Shown here one piece after another: positions 28,904 through 38,231 of a DNA stretch of 64,000 nucleotides. The translations under genes and the position numbers were made by a program. This stretch comes from Trichormus sp. ATA11-4-KO1 (GTDB lineage: Bacteria; Cyanobacteriota; Cyanobacteriia; Cyanobacteriales; Nostocaceae), in NCBI GenBank assembly GCA_019358915.1, contig JAHHIM010000010.1, forward strand, positions 64,001 to 128,000. Direction: 5' to 3'. Below the pieces are notes generated by a model. The model did not search any database, was not told the DNA's origin, and saw only the letters and a program-made list of their open reading frames with translations. Each line of letters begins with the position of its first letter. Within the stretch, counting starts at the first letter, position 1.

Positions 28904-31195
28904 TTACGCTTCGATAACCACCCGGAGGTTACCGCGTTTTTTGGCAACGCGACAAGCGGTAGTGCTACCAGAACGCTCAAATTCTAAATCTAGTATGGTG
29001 GGGCCGACTCGTAAATTATGTAATGACAGCCGATTAATTGATTCTGGCAAAGCGGGGTCAATAATGCGCAAGCAGTTATTTTGAGCGTCGGGTACTAAGT
29101 TGACTACCATTTGTAGTAGTTGAAATATAGTACCAGTAGCCCAAGCTTGTGGTGTACAAGCAACTGGATATTGGACAGGTGTATGATGACCATTACGTTC
29201 GTAACCGCAGAAAAGTTCTGGAGGACGTTGTAAGGGTTGTTGGCTAGTCATATCGAACAAACCTTGGAATACTTCTAAAGCTTGATCGATTAAACCGAGC
29301 GATCGCAATCCCATTGCAATCAGAGAATTATCATGAGGCCAAACTGAACCGATGTGATAGCCCATAGGATTATAAGCTGGGGACAAACTGCTCAAAGTCC
29401 TAATACCCCAACCATTAAACATATCTGGTGCGCGCAATCTCTCTGCCACACTATAGGCTTTTTCGGGTGTGAAAATGCCCAAATTCAAACAGTGACCAGG
29501 ATTAGATGTAATACTCTCTACTTGTTTACCATCTCCATCTAAAGCTAAAGCACAGAAATCTTGGTCTTCTATCCAAAAGTCTTTATTAAAACGCACCTTG
29601 AGGTTTCTCGCCTCATCTAGCCAGCGTTCAGCCAAGTCAAGCCGCTTCTTCATCCTGGCTATTTCTGCTAGGCGAATTTTTGCTGCGTAGACGTAAGCTT
29701 GTACTTCACTTAGAGCGATCGGCCCGTTGGCTAACTCTCCTTTGCGGTCTACAATACAGTCACCAGAATCTTTCCATCCTTGGTTAGCTAGACCGCGTTT
29801 AGATTTACGGTAGTAGGTGAGATAACTGGTTTGTTGGAGATGGCGATCAATCCACTCCATCGCCGCTAGAGCATTCGGCCAAAGTTTCTCTAGGGTTTCT
29901 TGATCATGAGTCCAAGCGTAGTATTCAGCATACAACATCAACCACAGAGGTGTGGCATCAACTGTGCCGTAGTAGGGTGTATGCGGAATTTCTTGACAAC
30001 GAGCCATTTCCCCGAACCGCAACTCGTGCAAAATCTTACCTGGTTCTTCTTCGCGCCAGTCATCCTCGGTTTTACCTTGGTATGATGCTAGTATCATTAG
30101 GGTTTCTTTGGCAATTTGGGGATTTAACATCAAGGTTTGGGAAGCTGTAATCAGCGAATCCCGCCCGAATAATGCCGAAAACCAAGGCACACCTGCGGAA
30201 ACAGTCTTATTCTTGCCAAAAGACTGACGCAATAAATACATATCTTGCTCGGCTCGCTCAATCACACGATTGAAGATACTTTTATCTGATCTAATCTGTG
30301 TAATTTGCTGTACCCAGTGCTGCTCTTCCATCAACTCAGCAGCTTTGGCTTGTCCTAAGGTAAAAGCTGCACTCACCGTGGAACTTGGCTTGTTGTTGGT
30401 CAACATATTCAATCGATAGCCCAGTTTTTGGGTTTCGTGAGAAGCCAAATCCAACCGCCAAACCGCAGTGTAACCTTTGAAATAGTCTGGTTGGCGATGC
30501 TGGAATTGGATACGAGATTCCATCAGTAAGCCGTCTAAACCTTGATAGGCCAATGTCAAGGATTTTTCTGGCTGTGCGGGGGGTTGACTATGTAAGGGCG
30601 AAATCCCATCACCGACAAAATGTGCCCCTTCCGCAAACGCAGGTTCCATTAAGCGTAAAAGTCTACCCCGTTGTGATCTTTGGGCACCGCGAACTTCAAA
30701 TAAATCAACAAAATCGGCATCAAAGCTAATACTTAATTCAAAACTGACGGTAGTTGTGCTGTAATTAGACACCTCTATTTCTTCAAATAGTGCCCCATTG
30801 AGAACTATTTCCCGGCGAATTCCCACAGTCTCGGCTCTTAGGTGTTCGTCAATTCTCGGGTTAGTACACAGAACTGACAGTGAAAACCCTTTTTCAGCAG
30901 TACTGCTGAGGAGAATAGGCGATCGCCCTTCAATTTGCAACTCCAGACGATTGAGAAACCGGGTATCACAGCAAAATAGTCCCACGCTGGGGTTACCATC
31001 GTTGAGGGAACAACCAGAAATGTTCCCCATTGTATCCGTCACCAAAAATAAATCATCATCTTTAGCCGTCAGAGTTGGTTGTGGTTTTTCACCTACAACA
31101 CAAGGCCACTCCGAGATAGATAATTGTTCTGCGGGAATAAAAGTTTTTCCATCCAGGAAGATTGTTTCCGGGGTTATTAGTGTATCCGGTGTCAT
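28904..31195 (-). CDS. Amylo-alpha-1,6-glucosidase / glycogen debranching family protein
   Basis: AGVPWFSALFGRDS, EPGKILHE, NQGWKDS and YHIGSVWPHDN motifs. Confidence 0.9.
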   Translation of the reverse strand: MTPDTLITPETIFLDGKTFIPAEQLSISEWPCVVGEKPQPTLTAKDDDLFLVTDTMGNISGCSLNDGNPSVGLFCCDTRFLNRLELQIEGRSPILLSSTAEKGFSLSVLCTNPRIDEHLRAETVGIRREIVLNGALFEEIEVSNYSTTTVSFELSISFDADFVDLFEVRGAQRSQRGRLLRLMEPAFAEGAHFVGDGISPLHSQPPAQPEKSLTLAYQGLDGLLMESRIQFQHRQPDYFKGYTAVWRLDLASHETQKLGYRLNMLTNNKPSSTVSAAFTLGQAKAAELMEEQHWVQQITQIRSDKSIFNRVIERAEQDMYLLRQSFGKNKTVSAGVPWFSALFGRDSLITASQTLMLNPQIAKETLMILASYQGKTEDDWREEEPGKILHELRFGEMARCQEIPHTPYYGTVDATPLWLMLYAEYYAWTHDQETLEKLWPNALAAMEWIDRHLQQTSYLTYYRKSKRGLANQGWKDSGDCIVDRKGELANGPIALSEVQAYVYAAKIRLAEIARMKKRLDLAERWLDEARNLKVRFNKDFWIEDQDFCALALDGDGKQVESITSNPGHCLNLGIFTPEKAYSVAERLRAPDMFNGWGIRTLSSLSPAYNPMGYHIGSVWPHDNSLIAMGLRSLGLIDQALEVFQGLFDMTSQQPLQRPPELFCGYERNGHHTPVQYPVACTPQAWATGTIFQLLQMVVNLVPDAQNNCLRIIDPALPESINRLSLHNLRVGPTILDLEFERSGSTTACRVAKKRGNLRVVIEA

Positions 31196-31666
31196 TAGCA
31201 CAAGTTCCGTTTACAGGTCTATGTCAATAGGGTCAACAGGGAAAAGTCGCGCTGGAAGACTCTTTCAAGCCAAAAGTCAAATTAATAATCACATATTGTT
31301 GCCAAAGGAGCAGGCATCAAACCTACACAACAAATCCTTATAAGAGTATATTTTTTATATCTGAAGTCAAGGTGGAAATATGATGATTTTTATCTGATTA
31401 ATCTACCACTCAAGCTTATAGGGCACAATGTACAGGGAATACTTAGTCAAGATACTCAAGGCACATTTTTTTGCCAACAAACTTATTCTTCACTCAGGAA
31501 GGAAGCACTATTTTTTGAAAGCCCAAATGTCAAGTTAGATACTTCACTCAAATAAACTTTGGCGCAGGCTGATAGTAGAGATGTCTGTTATACTGCTGGG
31601 CTGTTGGTGGGGGCGCAGCCGCAAGGTTGTCGGTTGGATGGTACAAAACTTAATCTAAAATCCAGC

Positions 31667-31698
31667 TTGACCTTGTACTTAGGTATAGGGTTTATCCT
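31667..31698 (+). promoter_or_regulatory. MerR-type promoter/operator
   Basis: -35 TTGACC, 20-bp spacer, -10 TATCCT; dyad ACCTTGTAC-TTAG-GTATAGGGT overlapping the spacer. Confidence 0.78.
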
Positions 31699-31736
31699 TA
31701 AAGCATCCAGATCACTGCATCGGCGGAGTATTCAGG

Positions 31737-32142
31737 ATGCTGCAAGTTGGCAAGGTCTCCCGCAAAGTGGGACAAAGTGGGACAAACTCTATATTTCTAT
31801 GAGCGCATTGGATTAATTCCAAAGCCCAAGAGAACTGAATCAGGCTATCGCTTGTACGAGGAGCAAGATATAGAGCGATTAGCCTTTATTACTCGTGCCA
31901 AAGCACTAGGCTTAACCCTTGAGGAGATCAAAGAGGTCTTATTACTTCAAAACGGCAAAGCACCTCCATGCCGCGAGGTTCATTCCAAACTGGTGAATAA
32001 AGTCAACCAAATTGAAGAGGCGATCGCCCAGTTACAGGAATTGAAAAGTGAATTGTTACCCCTTATTCAGCATTGTGAAAATAACCTTGCTGAAGCAGGA
32101 CAGTCCGCTAATTGTATTGTTTTTCAAGATAAACCGTTATGA
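31737..32142 (+). pseudogene. MerR-family heavy-metal-responsive regulator, frameshifted near the N-terminus
   Basis: MLQVGKVSRKVG from ATG 31737 is out of frame with QTLYFYERIGLI...SGYRLY...C...C...C; the junction is a CAAAGTGGGA tandem duplication. Confidence 0.8.
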
Positions 32143-32348
32143 AGCCAAAAGTTGCATTTTGGGCGAGTCTATCAGGGACAGCCATAGTCGCTCTATGTTG
32201 CTTCACACCTGTTCTTGTTGTAACCCTGAGCGCGATTGGCTTCGGGGCTGTAGTGGGCTACCTAGATTACGTTTTACTACCTGCCTTAGTTGTGATGCTG
32301 GTTATCACATTTATTTCGTATCGTCAGTACAAACACGGAGGAGTTTAA
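32139..32348 (+). CDS. merF: MerF-like mercury/heavy-metal transporter
   Basis: 69 aa, two TM helices, VALCCFTPVLV and GYLDYVLLPAL signatures. Confidence 0.85.
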   Translation: MKPKVAFWASLSGTAIVALCCFTPVLVVTLSAIGFGAVVGYLDYVLLPALVVMLVITFISYRQYKHGGV

Positions 32349-32350
32349 TA

Positions 32351-32842
32351 ATGACTGAATGCTGTTGTCCATCTTCATCACCTAAAGACAGTGAATCTCG
32401 TTGGCAGCGTCTCTGCCCACAGGACGGGACAAAAGGAAAAATTGTCCAACTGATCACTTTAAAGAGTTTGCTAGTACCAAGCGCACTAGAGCAATTAGAT
32501 TCAGCAAGTGCTTATGGGTTTTGTGCAAGCCCCAATTGTCCAGTTGTTTACTTTTCTGAGCAGGGGCAGACGTTCACAACTGATGATCTGAAAGTACCTG
32601 TTTTCCAAAAAGATTTTAATGAGGATATTTCTGTTTGCTACTGTTTTGGTTGGAGTCGCCAACGCATCCGTGAAGAGTTCAGCCAGTTCAGCCAGTCAGT
32701 TGAAAGCAAGGTTATTGATATAATCACCACTCACATCAAGGCAAAACGCTGTGGCTGCGAAGTCAATAATCCTCAAGGTGCTTGTTGCTTAGGAAATGTT
32801 AGATTAGTGACTGAACAAATCGTTGGAGAACTTGCTAAATGA
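32351..32842 (+). CDS. Cys-rich Zn/[2Fe-2S] metallochaperone (CopZ N-terminal / BFD-like family)
   Basis: CCC, CP, FCxxxxCPVVYF, VCYCFG and CGCEVNNPQGACC motifs; ATG at 32351. Confidence 0.8.
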   Translation: MTECCCPSSSPKDSESRWQRLCPQDGTKGKIVQLITLKSLLVPSALEQLDSASAYGFCASPNCPVVYFSEQGQTFTTDDLKVPVFQKDFNEDISVCYCFGWSRQRIREEFSQFSQSVESKVIDIITTHIKAKRCGCEVNNPQGACCLGNVRLVTEQIVGELAK

Positions 32843-32849
32843 TGTCGCA

Positions 32850-32936
32850 GTATAACAACCCGGTTGGAGCGGACTGTTGAAAGCTGCTGGCGGTGATGCA
32901 AAAGTTAGTAGCAGCCGCTCAACCGGAACGTTGAAT
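32850..32936 (+). other. attC-like recombination site
   Basis: R'' GTATAAC, 5-nt spacer, L'' GGTTGGAG ... L' CTCAACC, 5-nt spacer, R' GTTGAAT; the arms pair with two extrahelical bases. Confidence 0.75.
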
Positions 32937-33246
32937 GTATATTGGGCGTAGTAGCTGATTATTTGAAACCTCACGATGCTAGCAAATGGATAAACAAAAC
33001 TTGGGTGAAGATCAAAGCGAGTGTAACGAAATGCTACAACACACCAGGGTGGGACCAATGAATGTATTGCCATTGTTGGTCTAGGCTGGGAAATTGTTCC
33101 CACGCTGCCACTATAACTTTGTAGAAAGTGCTGTTCAAAATTCTTTACATATTCCCACTGTTTGCTGCACTTGAGAGTCCATTGTAATTTGTACAATGCA
33201 GCTGTGACGCGAATCTTGTCCAGATTGGGCTTCTTTAACGATATTC

Positions 33247-35256
33247 ATGAGCATTTCGACTTCCGTGCTGAGTGATCTGCTACAGTCCATACCTTACCTG
33301 CGGCCCCAGCTATATTTCAAAGCTTCACTAACGGCCCTCTCCCACGCGATGGAAGATCAGGTTTTGGCGGCGACTTTAGACCAGCCTTTAGTAATTGCTA
33401 GCTTCCAACGAGAGCGATACTATCGCCAAGAGGCGCATCGCTATCAGCGATTAGCTTTGCGTAGTAATCAAATATATGTCTTATCCGCACCGGAAACGGA
33501 TTTCACCAACAGTTCGGAATACTATGAAAAAATTGCCTTTGAGCCAGAAGATTTTTTAAGTCAAGAGTGGCATTTGGTGGTAATCGCTGATAACTATGCT
33601 ACTTGTTTAGTTTGTCGGGAAAGCCTTGGTTCCATTGCCAAAAATCAGCAGATACCAGATGTCAGTCCTGGTCTAGACATGGATACTGCTCGGAGGTTTG
33701 AGGGAATTTGGACATCAGAACGGGGAGTTAGCCTCAAAGCAGCCGAATTGCTCTTAGACAGGATTTTGGTTTACAGACCAGACCTGGCAAAGAAAATTCA
33801 AAATGCACGCCAGAGGTTTGGTATAGGGGGTAGCCGCAACTACTCCCAGACTGCACAAATCACTGAGTTTGCTTGTGACATTGATACTGACCCCTTTGTG
33901 CAGCGTTTGGTGACTTATCTGCAAGCTAGTCAGTACAAATTACATAAAGCTTATCGTTCAATTACTGCCCAAGCACGCAAAGAACGTTTAGTCAACTCTA
34001 TTAGTACTGCCATTCGGCGATCGCTTGACCCCCACGAAGTGCTACAAATTGCTGCACAAGAATTGGGGCAACATTTAGGGGCTAGCCGTTGTTTAATTTA
34101 CCGCTCTCCCACCATAGATACTCCAGCCGAAATTAAACACGAGTTCTTGACTCCCGGTGTTGTATCGATGAGTGGGCAAACCTGGGAGCTAGATAAAAAT
34201 CCTTTATTTCAGGAAGTAGTAAAAAATGGTGAAGGCGTTTGTGTAGCTGATACTCAAACTGACCCCCGCGTTACTAGTTCGACCACATTATCCCTAATTG
34301 TCAAAAAATTCGCGATTCGTTCTTGGCTGATCGAACCAGTATTATTTCAAGGGCGATTGTTGGGGATCGTAGAATTACACTATTGCAGCCTACCACCACA
34401 CGAGTGGCAGGCAGGGGAATTGGATTTGGTAAAAGCGATCGCTACCCAAATGGGAGCAGCCTTGATTCAAGCAGAAGCCTACGCTAACCTAGAAGACCTC
34501 AATCAACAGTTAGAAGCCCTCGACCGCACCCGCAGCAACTTAATCGCCATTACGGGACACGAACTCCGTACCCCCCTATCCACAATTCAAGTGTGTTTAG
34601 AAAGTCTCGCCACTGAACCTGATATGCCTGTAGAGTTGCAGCAGGTAATGTTGAGTACTGCTCTTTCCGACTCAGAACGGATGCGGAAACTAGTGCAAGA
34701 TTTCCTCACTCTTTCTAACCTAGAAAGCGGTCGAGTGGAATGGCATCCAGAATCCCTCACCTTAGAAGAGTGTGTAGAGTTAGCTCTCAGCCGACTTCGC
34801 ACCCGTTCTTCAACAGAAAAACTCCCCCAAGTCAAAACTCAAATTGCCCAAAATCTGCCTTTAGTGAGAGCCGACGGTGATTGGCTGGTGGAGGTATTAG
34901 CCAAACTTGTAGATAACGCTTGTAAATTTACACCACCCGAAGGAAAAATCACAATTACAGCTACCCAAAACGACAATCAGATGGTTGAAGTGACAGTAGC
35001 TGACACTGGACGCGGTATCGAAACCAATCGTCTAGAAATCGTTTTTGACCGTTTCTATCAAGAAGAAGGAGCGCTACGGCGTACCACTGGCGGTACTGGT
35101 TTAGGGCTAGCAATTTGCCGCCAAATTGTCAATGGCTGGGGCGGTGAAATTTGGGCAGAATCAATGGGTAAAGACCAAGGTAGTCAGTTTCACTTCACTA
35201 TTCCCATTGCCCAGGTGAGCAAAGAGGAAAAGCGGTCGAAAGTCAAGAGTAAGTAA
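33247..35256 (+). CDS. DICT-GAF sensor histidine kinase
   Basis: DICT motif (KASLTALSHAMED, ASFQ, EWHLVV), GAF domain, H-box HELRTPL, DNACKFT and GTGLGL. Confidence 0.9.
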   Translation: MSISTSVLSDLLQSIPYLRPQLYFKASLTALSHAMEDQVLAATLDQPLVIASFQRERYYRQEAHRYQRLALRSNQIYVLSAPETDFTNSSEYYEKIAFEPEDFLSQEWHLVVIADNYATCLVCRESLGSIAKNQQIPDVSPGLDMDTARRFEGIWTSERGVSLKAAELLLDRILVYRPDLAKKIQNARQRFGIGGSRNYSQTAQITEFACDIDTDPFVQRLVTYLQASQYKLHKAYRSITAQARKERLVNSISTAIRRSLDPHEVLQIAAQELGQHLGASRCLIYRSPTIDTPAEIKHEFLTPGVVSMSGQTWELDKNPLFQEVVKNGEGVCVADTQTDPRVTSSTTLSLIVKKFAIRSWLIEPVLFQGRLLGIVELHYCSLPPHEWQAGELDLVKAIATQMGAALIQAEAYANLEDLNQQLEALDRTRSNLIAITGHELRTPLSTIQVCLESLATEPDMPVELQQVMLSTALSDSERMRKLVQDFLTLSNLESGRVEWHPESLTLEECVELALSRLRTRSSTEKLPQVKTQIAQNLPLVRADGDWLVEVLAKLVDNACKFTPPEGKITITATQNDNQMVEVTVADTGRGIETNRLEIVFDRFYQEEGALRRTTGGTGLGLAICRQIVNGWGGEIWAESMGKDQGSQFHFTIPIAQVSKEEKRSKVKSK

Positions 35257-35484
35257 TATTAATTTGTAATTCGTAATATTTCCTATGGCTACGCCACGCT
35301 GCGCTATCGGAAACGCTGCGCGAACGTAATTCGTAATTACAAGTGCAGATGCCATCTAGGATTCTATTTGGCCCAATGCCCAATGCCCAATGACTAAAAA
35401 CTGTTACAGTCTATGACGCGATCGCAATATGATCGTGTTAGCGGTGTTAGGATGCCGTAAAAACCGTTGAGAGACTACTTTTTT

Positions 35485-35904
35485 ATGGCAGAAAAACTTT
35501 CTGGACAAACCCCGCTTTTTGGTGGCAGCACAGGTGGCTTGCTGACAAAAGCAGTAGAGGAAGAAAAGTACGCTATCACTTGGACTAGCCCCAAAGAGCA
35601 AGTTTTTGAAATGCCTACAGGTGGCGCTGCCACTATGCGGAAAGGTGAAAACCTGCTGTACATAGCTCGTAAAGAATATGGCATTGCTTTAGGCGGTCAA
35701 CTCCGGAAATTCAAAATCACAGACTACAAAATTTACCGGATTTTACCTACTGGAGAAACCACTTTCATTCACCCGGCTGATGGTGTCTTCCCAGAAAAAG
35801 TAAACGAAGGCCGCGAGAAAGTACGTCATGTACCACGCAGTATTGGGGAAAATCCCAGTCCCGCACAACTCAAGTTCAGTGGTAAAGCTACCCATGATGT
35901 CTAG
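35485..35904 (+). CDS. psaD: Photosystem I reaction centre subunit II
   Basis: [11 protein letters not shown]...EKYAITW...FEMPTGGAA...[12 protein letters not shown]. Confidence 0.97.
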   Translation: MAEKLSGQTPLFGGSTGGLLTKAVEEEKYAITWTSPKEQVFEMPTGGAATMRKGENLLYIARKEYGIALGGQLRKFKITDYKIYRILPTGETTFIHPADGVFPEKVNEGREKVRHVPRSIGENPSPAQLKFSGKATHDV

Positions 35905-36019
35905 AGGCTAGGAATTGGGGACAAGGGGGCAAGGGGACAAGGAGAGATTACTAATATAAGTTCTTTCCCCCCATCCCCCTATCTCCCCATCCCCCATTCC
36001 CCATTCCCTGAATTCATTT

Positions 36020-37534
36020 ATGATGTTCCCTGATTTTTCTGATTTCTCCGAGCTAGCTTTACAAGGCAATTTTGTTCCGGTGTATCAAGAATGGGTAGCA
36101 GACCTAGATACGCCAGTATCTGCTTGGTATAAAGTCTGTGCTGGTCAGCCTTATAGCTTTTTGCTGGAATCGGTGGAAGGTGGGGAAAAATTAGGACGTT
36201 ATAGTTTACTGGGTTGTGATCCGCTATGGATTTTGGAAGCAAGAGGCGACATTACTATCCAAACCCACCGCGATGGTTCAGAGGCAGTTTTTGCAGGTGA
36301 CCCCTTTACAGCTTTAGCTAATTGCTTAGCACCTTATAAGCCAGTTACATTACCACAATTACCACCAGGAATTGGCGGATTGTTTGGCTTTTGGGGCTAT
36401 GAATTGATTCGCTGGATTGAGCCACGTGTACCAATTCATCCACCAGATGAGCGTAATATCCCTGATGGATTGTGGATGCAGGTAGACCACCTGTTGATTT
36501 TTGACCAGGTGAAACGAAAAATTTGGGCGATCGCCTATGCTGATTTACGTGATCCAGAAGTAGATTTGCAGGCGGCTTATGAAAAAGCGTGCGATCGCGT
36601 CACTCAAATGCTGTGTAAGTTATCTCTACCTCTATCGCCACAAAAGACCATTTTAGAATGGACACCCCCAGGAACAAAGAATGTCGGGGGAACAGAGGAA
36701 TATACCAGCAACTTCACCCGCCCAGAATTTTGCGCCAGTGTGGAAAAGGCCAAAAAATACATCAAAGCTGGCGATATCTTTCAAGTAGTCATTTCCCAGC
36801 GTTTATCAACAGAATACACAGGCGACCCCTTTGCCCTTTATCGTTCCCTACGCCAAATAAATCCTTCGCCTTACATGGCTTACTTTAACTTCCAGGATTG
36901 GCAAATCATCGGTTCCAGTCCCGAAGTCATGGTAAAAGCCGAAAGTGATCCAGATGGTGGGGTAATAGCCACAGTCCGTCCAATTGCTGGGACACGTCCA
37001 CGGGGTAAAACAACCAAGGAAGATGCAGCTTTAGCTGAAGATTTGTTGCAAGACCCCAAAGAAACGGCGGAACACGTCATGTTAGTTGACTTAGGGCGTA
37101 ACGATTTGGGGCGTGTTTGTCAAAGCGGTAGCGTCAAAGTTGATGAATTGATGGTGGTTGAACGCTATTCCCATGTGATGCACATTGTCAGTAATGTGGT
37201 GGGCAAATTAGCACCAAATAAAACCGCCTGGGATTTACTCAAAGCTTGCTTTCCTGCGGGTACGGTTAGCGGCGCACCCAAAATTCGAGCGATGGAAATC
37301 ATCTACGAATTAGAACCGAGTCGCCGGGGTGTCTACTCTGGTGTGTATGGTTATTACGATTTTGAAGGACAATTGAATAGTGCGATCGCCATTCGCACAA
37401 TGGTATTGCACGATAATACAGTAACTGTGCAAGCTGGTGCAGGTTTGGTAGCTGATTCTGAGCCTGAGAAAGAATACGAAGAAACGTTAAATAAAGCCAG
37501 AGGTTTGTTAGTGGCGATTCGTTGTTTGCAGTGA
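36020..37534 (+). CDS. trpE: Anthranilate synthase component I
   Basis: LLESVEGG, NPSPYM, RPIAGT, AEHVMLVDLGRND and PAGTVSGAPK motifs. Confidence 0.95.
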   Translation: MMFPDFSDFSELALQGNFVPVYQEWVADLDTPVSAWYKVCAGQPYSFLLESVEGGEKLGRYSLLGCDPLWILEARGDITIQTHRDGSEAVFAGDPFTALANCLAPYKPVTLPQLPPGIGGLFGFWGYELIRWIEPRVPIHPPDERNIPDGLWMQVDHLLIFDQVKRKIWAIAYADLRDPEVDLQAAYEKACDRVTQMLCKLSLPLSPQKTILEWTPPGTKNVGGTEEYTSNFTRPEFCASVEKAKKYIKAGDIFQVVISQRLSTEYTGDPFALYRSLRQINPSPYMAYFNFQDWQIIGSSPEVMVKAESDPDGGVIATVRPIAGTRPRGKTTKEDAALAEDLLQDPKETAEHVMLVDLGRNDLGRVCQSGSVKVDELMVVERYSHVMHIVSNVVGKLAPNKTAWDLLKACFPAGTVSGAPKIRAMEIIYELEPSRRGVYSGVYGYYDFEGQLNSAIAIRTMVLHDNTVTVQAGAGLVADSEPEKEYEETLNKARGLLVAIRCLQ

Positions 37535-37633
37535 AGTTATTCCTCCTTAATTTAAGATTATCTATCCGAAACTTTGAAGTGCGATCGCTTGCCCACAGCA
37601 CTAAACTAGAAAGTAAGATGCTGGGATATACCT

Positions 37634-38221
37634 ATGAACACCGCCATAGTCAATTTACCACCTACCCTCAAATTGAAACTTAACTTGAGCGATGAACAAT
37701 TTTTCCAGATGTGTCAAAAAAACCGCGATTATAGATTTGAGCGCACAGAATCAGGGGAAGTATTAATCATGACGCCATCTGGAAGCGAGACAGACAGGCG
37801 TAACGTCAAAATTACTACACAACTAGATATTTGGAACGAGCAAAATCATTTAGGTGAAGTATTTGGCCCCTCTGCTGGCTTTAAACTTCCCAATGGTGCA
37901 AATCGTTCTCCAGATGCTTCTTGGGTGCATATTGATAAATGGAATGCTTTAACCTCAGAACAACAAGAAAAATTTGCCCCAATTTGTCCTGATTTTGTAG
38001 TAGAGTTGCGATCTCCTAGTGATTCCCTCAAAGACTTGCAGGATAAAATGCAGGAATATATCGACAATGGCGCTCAATTAGGCTGGTTAATTGATCGGAA
38101 AAATAAGCGCGTAGAACTTTATCGTCCAGGTAAAGATTTAGAGATATTAGATAATCCTAATAGCTTATCAGGAGAAAACATATTACCTGGATTTGTATTG
38201 AACTTACAACAAATTATGTGA
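37634..38221 (+). CDS. Uma2 family (DUF820) endonuclease-fold protein
   Basis: GFKLPNGANRSPDASW, PDFVVELRSPSD and LGWLID motifs. Confidence 0.92.
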   Translation: MNTAIVNLPPTLKLKLNLSDEQFFQMCQKNRDYRFERTESGEVLIMTPSGSETDRRNVKITTQLDIWNEQNHLGEVFGPSAGFKLPNGANRSPDASWVHIDKWNALTSEQQEKFAPICPDFVVELRSPSDSLKDLQDKMQEYIDNGAQLGWLIDRKNKRVELYRPGKDLEILDNPNSLSGENILPGFVLNLQQIM

Positions 38222-38231
38222 CTAATAATTT

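Larger units (their letters stand above)
31588..32930 (+). mobile_element. Putative integron-type gene cassette carrying merR, merF and a copZ-like gene
   Basis: Begins at G|TTATACTGC (31587-31596) and ends in an attC-like site whose left end GCAGTATAAC (32847-32856) is its exact reverse complement. Confidence 0.7.

Noticed and set aside
30798..31343. 181-aa plus-strand ORF
   Set aside because: Antisense shadow of the glycogen debranching gene
31530..31586. GTTAGAT near 31535 as a possible attI for the cassette
   Set aside because: No adjacent integrase and no recognisable attI structure; a lone GTTRRRY is expected by chance
32048..32350. N-terminal 101 aa of the 264-aa ORF 32048-32842
   Set aside because: Overlaps merR and merF in another frame; the recognisable Cys-rich protein starts at ATG 32351
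32804..33196. 130-aa minus-strand ORF
   Set aside because: Runs across the attC-like site and the kinase promoter region and has no motif; probably spurious
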